NCBI GenBank assembly: GCA_040220235.1
Contig: JAVJTO010000067.1
Reading direction: 5' to 3' (one strand)
Source of the DNA: Coleofasciculus sp. B1-GNL1-01
GTDB taxonomy: Bacteria; Cyanobacteriota; Cyanobacteriia; Cyanobacteriales; Coleofasciculaceae
Length of the DNA stretch: 13,652 nucleotides
Shown in pieces: positions 7,481 through 13,652 of the stretch. A model generated the notes under the pieces. That model was not told the DNA's origin. It made no database searches and saw nothing but the letters and a program-made list of their open reading frames with translations. The stretch's first letter is position 1, and each line of letters begins with the position of its first letter. The position numbers and the translations under genes were made by a program.

Positions 7481-7531
7481 GAATGGCACAGACTTAAGGC
7501 TGGTGGGCACTGCCCACCCTACGGTATATCA
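7481..7531 (-). mobile_element. Truncated, inverted copy of the MITE at 9775-9866 (one TIR plus the GTAG REP hairpin)
   Basis: 7481-7523 matches the reverse complement of 9824-9866 at 40/43 positions. Confidence 0.75.
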
Positions 7532-7560
7532 CGAATAAACTGATGTGCATTTAAATTATG

Positions 7561-7595
7561 TATTCTCTGTTCCCTGTTCCCTGTTCCCCGTTCCC
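7561..7595 (+). repeat. STRR heptamer tandem repeat TGTTCCC (~5 units)
   Basis: tattctc tgttccc tgttccc tgttccc cgttccc, bracketed by a short inverted repeat GATGTGCA/TGCACATC. Confidence 0.85.
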
Positions 7596-7628
7596 TTTGT
7601 CTACCCTGATTTGCACATCTCAAAGGCA

Positions 7629-9626
7629 TTATTGAATAGATGCTACAACGCCTAAACTTTCATTCGCCAGTCTGTCTACAGCACACACGGCATAGGTTCC
7701 CGGTGCTAATTCTGCCTCGGTTATCTCCTCGGGTAAAATTTTGTGTAGTTTCCAACTCTCACCTTGCTGCTGATATAGCGTCCAAGAACGAATCTTGGCA
7801 TTAACGGCTGGACTCCAGATCAACTTATTTCCAATCACTCTCACCCGAACCGGAATCGCTGGCGGTGTATCACTCAGCCACGACATGGTTGGAGATAATG
7901 CGGGTTGATTATAAACAGAGGATTGGAACTTTTCAACCACTCCCAAACGATTTTCATTAAATATTTTCATATTATAAAAAATATTGCCCAGGGAGAGTTG
8001 GGGGGCAAGGTTGCGGGTAATATCAACCTGTCGTTCATATTCCAAAAATGACCAATCTTGATCATCCAACATACTTAACCGATTTCCAGGATAAATATGG
8101 CGCTGTTTGGGATTATTGTCTGTCCACCATTGCAGGAGAACGGGATAACTTTGGGCTGGGGGGTCAATACGCCAGTACAATTGCGGGGCGATATAATCAA
8201 TCCATCCTGCTTCTAACCATTTTTTCGGGTCAGCATACAGGGATTCATATTGATCTAAGCCTTTAATTTGAGGCGGTTGTCCGGGACGATAAATGCCAAA
8301 GGGACTAATGCCAAATTTAACATATTTCTTAGTTGCCCGAATTCCGTTATAAAGGCGTTGCACCATTTGATTTACATTGTCCCGCCGCCAATCATTTAAG
8401 CTAAGAGTGCCGCCCTCAGCTTGATAAGCCTTATAGGTTTTATCATCGGGAAACGCTTCACCCGCGATGGGATAGGGATAAAAATAATCATCCAAATGAA
8501 TGCCATCAACGTCATAGCGCCGCACCACATCCATAATGACGTTATAGGTTAAATCTTGAACTACTTTTACCCCAGGGTCCATCCACTGTTGATTACCATA
8601 TTTATACACGTATTCGGGATGGGTGACGCTAATGTGAGGGGCGACACTGGTGGAATTTTGGGAAGAGGTTTTGGCGCGGTAGGGGTTAAACCAGGCGTGG
8701 AGTTCAATATTGCGCTGATGACAAGCCGCGATCGCAAACTCTAAGGGGTCATAATAAGGATCGGGAGCTTGACCTTGTATGCCAGTGATCCATTCACTCC
8801 AGGGTTCTAACGGGGAGGCATAAAACGCATCACCAGTCGGTCGAACTTGTAAGATTAACGCATTTAACTGAAGTTCAGCCATGCGGTCAACAATTTGTAA
8901 CAATTCCCGTTGCTGTTGGGCAACCGACAATCCCCGTTGGGGGGGCCAATCAATGTTCCAGATAGTCGCCACCCACACCCCGCGAAACTCCCGTTGATGG
9001 CTCAGTTTTAAGGTTTTCTGGCGCACGATAATATAGTCTGAACCAATAGCGTCGAGTTCACCCGTATAGACTAACGCCTGGTAAATAAACGCCGCAACAT
9101 CCGCACGAGTAGCGGCTTTGAGGGGGTTCAAGCGTTTAAGCTGGGGATAATTCACCACCATCCCGGTATTGGTTGCGATCGCAATCCGATCAATAGCATA
9201 GCTGGGAATGTCACTAAAATCTTGATAGAGTTCCGGTAGGGCAGCTTTCACCTCCGCTAATCCACTGGTACTTATCTCCAATCCCGTTATCAGAGATACC
9301 AACACTTCCACTCTAGAAATACTCGCCTCTGGGCGAAACCGATTTCCCGGATACCCCGACATAAACCCCGTTTGATACGCCTTAGCAATCGCCCCCGTTG
9401 CCCAATGTTTGCTAGGAACATCCACAAACGGAACATTCGGGCGTTTACTCGGTTTAGAAAAAGCATTCTGCAACAACGCCGCAAACTGCGCCCGACTCAT
9501 GGGAGCATTAGGACGAAAACGCCCATCGGGAAAGCCACTAATCATACCCGCCTGGGCTAACCCTTCGATGAATGAACGCGCCCAGTGGTTTTGGATATCG
9601 GGGAAACGGGGAGTGGAAGCAGTCAT
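7629..9626 (-). CDS. S-layer homology (SLH x3) domain protein fused to a family-10-like glycosyl hydrolase (GHL10/DUF187, YddW/DigH-like)
   Basis: SLH motifs FPDIQNHWA...GFPDGRFRPN...SRAQFA, FVDVPSKHWA...SRVEV and TRADVA. GHL10 motifs REFRGVWVAT, LQVRP, YDPL, ELHAWFNPYR, YDVDGIHLDDYFYPY, WRRDNVN, FGISPFG and DYIAPQLYW. Confidence 0.92.
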   Translation of the reverse strand: MTASTPRFPDIQNHWARSFIEGLAQAGMISGFPDGRFRPNAPMSRAQFAALLQNAFSKPSKRPNVPFVDVPSKHWATGAIAKAYQTGFMSGYPGNRFRPEASISRVEVLVSLITGLEISTSGLAEVKAALPELYQDFSDIPSYAIDRIAIATNTGMVVNYPQLKRLNPLKAATRADVAAFIYQALVYTGELDAIGSDYIIVRQKTLKLSHQREFRGVWVATIWNIDWPPQRGLSVAQQQRELLQIVDRMAELQLNALILQVRPTGDAFYASPLEPWSEWITGIQGQAPDPYYDPLEFAIAACHQRNIELHAWFNPYRAKTSSQNSTSVAPHISVTHPEYVYKYGNQQWMDPGVKVVQDLTYNVIMDVVRRYDVDGIHLDDYFYPYPIAGEAFPDDKTYKAYQAEGGTLSLNDWRRDNVNQMVQRLYNGIRATKKYVKFGISPFGIYRPGQPPQIKGLDQYESLYADPKKWLEAGWIDYIAPQLYWRIDPPAQSYPVLLQWWTDNNPKQRHIYPGNRLSMLDDQDWSFLEYERQVDITRNLAPQLSLGNIFYNMKIFNENRLGVVEKFQSSVYNQPALSPTMSWLSDTPPAIPVRVRVIGNKLIWSPAVNAKIRSWTLYQQQGESWKLHKILPEEITEAELAPGTYAVCAVDRLANESLGVVASIQ

Positions 9627-9774
9627 GAGGATTGGTAACCTGGATAGAGAATGCTAGAAGTGTTTAATAGGTAGGATTCGATGCCTTATCTCGATTATCC
9701 GGGACATCGGTATCAACGTCAGCCTCTTGCCCGATGATTGGGGCAGCTTCTGTGATCTTGTACTATCCTCAGTC

Positions 9775-9866
9775 CAATGGCACTGAAATAAGCATTTTAT
9801 GATCGCCAAAACCCTTGAGATAGCGTAGGGTGGGCATTGCCCACCAGCCTTAAGTCAGCGCCATTC
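9775..9866. mobile_element. 92-bp MITE with 18-bp TIRs, a 10-bp target-site duplication and an internal GTAG REP hairpin
   Basis: TIRs caatggcactgaaataag (9775-9792) and cttaagtcagcgccattc (9849-9866). Flanks atcctcagtc (9765-9774) and atcttcagtc (9867-9876) match 9/10. REP gtagggtgggcattgcccacc at 9825-9845. Confidence 0.8.
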
Positions 9867-9916
9867 ATCTTCAGTCAGCTAATTTAATATAGGGTGAGCA
9901 AGGGTGATAGACCTGA

Positions 9917-10300
9917 TTAAATAACACTGATTGAGTAGGCACGAATCTTTTGATCGACGGTGGCAATGGTTAAACGATGGTGCAAAGCCTGACAGATAAG
10001 CATTCTATCAAAGGGATCACGGTGAAATAAAGGCAGCTTGATAAGTTGAGCAACACTATCCTCATCGAGACTCAGGCTAGCAATTTGATGGCGAACCCGC
10101 TGTTGGGGTAAATAGATTTCGGGGGACTGCGGCAGAGGTAGCTTGTTTAGCTGATACTTGACAATAGACTCCCAAATTGAAACAACACTCAGATAGACCT
10201 CGTTATTGGGATCACGAATAGCATTTAAAACAGGTGTTGATAGTTTAGGATTGCCACTGATAAACCACAAAAAGATATGAGTGTCAAGCAAAAGTTTCAT
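9917..10300 (-). CDS. vapC: Type II toxin-antitoxin VapC family toxin (PIN domain ribonuclease)
   Basis: 127 aa with MKLLLDTHIFLW, SVVSIWE, HRDPFDRMLICQA and TVD; the acidic PIN residues are present. Confidence 0.93.
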   Translation of the reverse strand: MKLLLDTHIFLWFISGNPKLSTPVLNAIRDPNNEVYLSVVSIWESIVKYQLNKLPLPQSPEIYLPQQRVRHQIASLSLDEDSVAQLIKLPLFHRDPFDRMLICQALHHRLTIATVDQKIRAYSISVI

Positions 10301-11445
10301 TAGCTTTCAAAAGCACTCAAAATATCTTCGGGTAGAGAATCATCAAAATCATCGGGTACAGTGAACTCTCCCGCACACAAGCCAAAGGGTCGTAACGGTT
10401 TTGGGTTGGGTATCAGCAGTAGGTTATTCTGGTGTTTAATCTCCTGTAGAACTTGGTCACGCATCGCTTCAGCTTCAGGATAATTTTTGTCGATTAATAA
10501 AACTGTGTTGTAGCTAGCCAATGCATTCTCAAGCTGTCCTAGTTCGCGCAGTGCATTGCCACGATTAAACCAATACTGAGCATTATTGGGTTGGAGTGCC
10601 AGCGCCCGTTCAAAGCTGGAAAGTGCATCTTTATACCGACCCATGTCATAAAATATTACACCTTGATCATTCCACAATTTATAATTTTTGGGTTCTAACT
10701 CTATTGCTTTGTTAAAACTTTCAATTGCCGCTTCAATGTTGCCACATTCCCCATAAACTATCGCCAGATTAGCCAAAATTATAACTTCATTTTCTTGAAT
10801 ATTTAAAGCGTGTTCATAACTATCTATTGCCTCTAGATAGCGACCTAGCTGAGATAGAACAGCACCTCGATTCGTCCATGCCTGAAAATTATTTGGATTA
10901 ACGTCTACAGCCTGGTTATAGCTTATAACCGCGTCTTCAAGGCGACCCAAGTCATGTAAAACAATGCCTCGGTTATGCAAAATCCAATCTTTATTGCGTT
11001 CAGGTTTGCATTCCAAAGCCTGATCATAACTGACAATAGCATCATTTTTATAGTTTAATTCTCGGAGAACATTTCCTTTGTTATACCAAGCAATATAACT
11101 ATCTGGGTTAATCTCTATAGCTTGATCAAAGTTAGATAATGCCTGCTGATGTTCCCCCAGGGCTAAGTATGCCAAGCCGAGTTTATTCCAGGCAAGGTAT
11201 TCATCAGACTTATTTGTTAAAGCACGTTCGTAACACTGAATACTTTCCTGATAATGCCCCAAGTCGTAGAATCTGTCTCCCTCGCTATGCCATTTGGAAT
11301 GCTGATACACACCGTTGGTAGAGCGAGATAGCTCTAACGGTTTTATGGTATAGGCATCGTAAATTTGGGGTTCATCTCTCTGGTGAATAGCTACCATCGC
11401 CAGTTCGTCCCGATTATAAAGAATGTTGGTTTCCCATTTTCTCAT
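10300..11445 (-). CDS. Tetratricopeptide repeat protein (8 TPRs) with a C-terminal VapB/DUF2281-like antitoxin tail
   Basis: Eight ~34-aa repeats of the W-x-N-x-G...LG...A...Y/F..AL...P type, a capping helix, then PKPLRPFGLCAGEFTVPDDFDDSLPEDILSAFES. The stop overlaps the vapC start (TAATG). The start codon is uncertain; MVAIH is an alternative. Confidence 0.88.
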   Translation of the reverse strand: MRKWETNILYNRDELAMVAIHQRDEPQIYDAYTIKPLELSRSTNGVYQHSKWHSEGDRFYDLGHYQESIQCYERALTNKSDEYLAWNKLGLAYLALGEHQQALSNFDQAIEINPDSYIAWYNKGNVLRELNYKNDAIVSYDQALECKPERNKDWILHNRGIVLHDLGRLEDAVISYNQAVDVNPNNFQAWTNRGAVLSQLGRYLEAIDSYEHALNIQENEVIILANLAIVYGECGNIEAAIESFNKAIELEPKNYKLWNDQGVIFYDMGRYKDALSSFERALALQPNNAQYWFNRGNALRELGQLENALASYNTVLLIDKNYPEAEAMRDQVLQEIKHQNNLLLIPNPKPLRPFGLCAGEFTVPDDFDDSLPEDILSAFES

Positions 11446-11770
11446 TGTGACATAGGCGATGAGTTGCCAAGCATGATCGGGTCTTCCGTAGTTAGTGTGC
11501 TAAATTGTTAGTTGGATTTGCCGGAATATGGGACAGCAATAGCTTTAACCAATTTTACCCGGATTTCAAGAGAGTTTTGAGGCGATGAAAAGCGGCAGTC
11601 CTTGTGTGGTAAGCTTCCTGGTTCATTAAAGCTGATAGTTTAGCCCACTAAGTCCGGAAGACCCAGAATAGTTTGTTATTCTCCTTAACAGTAGTAGAAA
11701 ATATCAACAAGGGTTATCATCTCGCATTGATCAAATAAATATTCCCCCCACCTTCTAGAAGAAAAAATAA

Positions 11771-13429
11771 ATGCCAGGTCATGACATCATCGTTGTTGGA
11801 GCCTCCGCCGGCGGGGTAGAAGCGCTCAAGCAACTGGTTGCTGCTTTGCCGGAAAACCTACCCGCTGCGATTTTCATTGTCACTCATGTTTCACGCCACG
11901 TTAAAAGCTTTCTGCCGAATATTTTGAACCGAAGAAGTCCCTTACCAGTGGCTCATGCTACAGAGCATGAAGAGATTGTGCAAGGGCGCATCTATGTAGC
12001 CCCTCCGGACTACCACCTGCTAGTCAAACGCGGCTATGTCCGCCTAGTATACGGTCCGAAGGAGAACGGCTGTCGTCCGGCGGTTGATCCTTTGTTTCGC
12101 ACGGCAGCAAAGGCGTATGGATGCCGAGTCGTTGGTGTGGTGTTATCGGGTACGCTCGACGATGGTACTGTAGGGCTTGTGGATGTGAAACGTTTTGGCG
12201 GTGTGGCGATTGTTCAAGATCCCAATGATGCCCTGTTTTCGGGAATGCCCAAGAGCGCGATTAAACACGTAGATGTTGACCATATTCTGCCCTTGTCGTC
12301 AATAGCCTCCGCTTTAGTTCGTCTAGCCCATGAATCGGTAACGGAGGAAGGAGCAACAACCATGTCTAATCAGAACGAGACAGAGATAGAACCTGATGTG
12401 GTGGAATTCAATGGGGCGGCTATGCGAGAGCGTGATCTGGGAATACCTGCAAGCTTAGCTTGTCCCGACTGCGGCGGTATGCTGTACTATCAGAACGACA
12501 AAGGTTTGCTCAAATACCGTTGTCGCGTGGGTCATGCTTGGTCAGCAGGTAGTTTGGTAGCAGGGCAATCTGAGACTCAGGAGCAGGCGCTGTGGACGGC
12601 AATCCGTTCTTTAGAGGAGCGTGGAGAACTGATGAGTCAGATGGCAGCCAACGCCCGCAATAACAATCGTCTTATTTCAGCCCAACGTTTTGAAGCAAAA
12701 GCGCAGGAAGCCCGACAGCGTGCTGACATCATTCGGCAAGCACTTTTTCAAGGGCAATTTCCGACTACACCAGCATCTGCCGCAGCTACCCAAGACTCCA
12801 ACCCAAACCAGGAGAACGAGCTAAAAACTTTCAAACTAGTGGTACTGGTAGCAAAAACTGGTGGACTGAGGGTTCTAAGCCATATCCTGGCTGCCTTACC
12901 AGAGGATTTCCCGGCAGCGCTTGTCGTGGTGCAACACCTAGACTCTCAATCCTCTGCCAATTGGATCAGTGACGTAGTGAACCATTCCACAACCTTACCC
13001 CTCAAACTGCCTGAAGCCGGAGAGTCAATACAACCGGGGATAGCTTACATAGCCCCCCCAACTGAACACCTGCTAGTCAACCCGAACGGTACGTTTTCGT
13101 TCTCTCAGGCAGCATTCGTGGACTTTGATCGCCCCTCTGCCGATCTACTGTTGCAGTCAGTCGCCGCTACGTTTAAAGAACGTGCGATCGCGGTAATTCT
13201 ATCTGGCACGGGCAACGATGGTGCTTTGGGGGTGCAGGCTATTCATAAGATGGGCGGTAAAGTCATCGCCCAAGATGAAGACACTTGTGATTTTTTCGAG
13301 ATGCCGTCTGCGGCGATTCAAACGGGGGCGGTAGATTGGGTTGTGCCGATGAGTGCGATCGCTTCTACTCTAATCAGCTTAGTGATGATAGGGAAAGGGG
13401 AACAGGGAACAGCTAATAGAGAGTTATAG
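11771..13429 (+). CDS. cheB: Chemotaxis CheB-like protein-glutamate methylesterase with two CheB domains and a central Cys/His motif region; no receiver domain
   Basis: Domain 1: GASAGG, VTH, YVAPPDYHL, RPAVDPLF, VLSGTLDDG, VQDP, GMP. Middle: CPDCGG...YRCRVGH. Domain 2: VAKTGG, VQH, YIAPP, RPSADLL, ILSGTGNDGA, AQDE, EMP. Confidence 0.9.
   Translation: MPGHDIIVVGASAGGVEALKQLVAALPENLPAAIFIVTHVSRHVKSFLPNILNRRSPLPVAHATEHEEIVQGRIYVAPPDYHLLVKRGYVRLVYGPKENGCRPAVDPLFRTAAKAYGCRVVGVVLSGTLDDGTVGLVDVKRFGGVAIVQDPNDALFSGMPKSAIKHVDVDHILPLSSIASALVRLAHESVTEEGATTMSNQNETEIEPDVVEFNGAAMRERDLGIPASLACPDCGGMLYYQNDKGLLKYRCRVGHAWSAGSLVAGQSETQEQALWTAIRSLEERGELMSQMAANARNNNRLISAQRFEAKAQEARQRADIIRQALFQGQFPTTPASAAATQDSNPNQENELKTFKLVVLVAKTGGLRVLSHILAALPEDFPAALVVVQHLDSQSSANWISDVVNHSTTLPLKLPEAGESIQPGIAYIAPPTEHLLVNPNGTFSFSQAAFVDFDRPSADLLLQSVAATFKERAIAVILSGTGNDGALGVQAIHKMGGKVIAQDEDTCDFFEMPSAAIQTGAVDWVVPMSAIASTLISLVMIGKGEQGTANREL
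13391..13425 (+). repeat. Degenerate GGGAACA heptamer tract forming the last codons of cheB
   Basis: gggaaag gggaaca gggaaca gctaata gagagtt; reverse complement of the TGTTCCC STRR unit. Confidence 0.65.
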
Positions 13430-13652
13430 TGCGAGCGTCTCGTTGGCTATTTTGTATTGATGGGTTTTTATCTATATTCCGAATTGTGCCATACTTTACA
13501 ATACTCAGAAATTTCCGGATATTACCTGATTTTTCTTGCAATGGTTTCAACCCTCTGTCGAGGGAGAATTCGGCGCTGAGGTCGGCAAAAATTCCAGGAT
13601 GCAAGACGGTTATAGTGTAAAAACCTTGCACTTGTTGGGTCGGAAAATGGCT

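Larger units (their letters stand above)
913..13362. repeat. HIP1 octamers GCGATCGC (dispersed)
   Basis: Copies start at 913, 1310, 1443, 3841, 5459, 8728, 9175, 13184 and 13355. HIP1 over-representation is a cyanobacterial hallmark. Confidence 0.9.

Noticed and set aside
8048..9657. Short ORFs inside the SLH-GHL10 gene (and likewise those inside thiL, cobA and the TPR gene)
   Set aside because: They are nested within well-supported CDSs and have no independent evidence.
11555..11626. 23-aa minus-strand mini-ORF (MNQEAYHTRTAAFHRLKTLLKSG) upstream of the TPR gene
   Set aside because: Too short, has no adjacent RBS, and shows no similarity to an antitoxin DNA-binding domain.
13450..13652. Possible CRISPR leader-like sequence, or the small ORFs 13429-13620(+) and 13413-13631(-)
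   Set aside because: No CRISPR repeat appears before the window ends, and the ORFs overlap repeats and have no recognisable motifs.

Overview
A 13.7-kb window from a cyanobacterial chromosome, probably a filamentous Oscillatoriales-type organism. The evidence is nine HIP1 GCGATCGC octamers, heptamer STRR tracts and repeat-packed intergenic spacers. Genes in order: the 3' end of an unknown CDS, a small membrane protein, thiL, a secreted low-temperature-induced-like protein, a cobA-hemD fusion, a hypothetical protein with repetitive tails, two tandem Uma2 (DUF820) paralogues, an SLH + GHL10 glycosyl hydrolase, a TPR gene coupled to a VapC/PIN toxin, and an orphan double-CheB protein. The best candidate for an undescribed system is 9917-11445. 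There, an 8-TPR protein ends in a typical VapB-like antitoxin tail (LRPFGLCAGEFTVPDDFDDSLPEDILSAFE) and overlaps vapC through a TAATG junction. This suggests a TPR-sensor/antitoxin fusion gating a PIN ribonuclease. Other points of interest are a CheB whose second domain has lost its catalytic Ser, nested MITEs, an 18-bp-TIR MITE family bracketing the hydrolase gene, and heptamer DNA repeats absorbed into protein tails. All calls were made by eye; no database searches were run.
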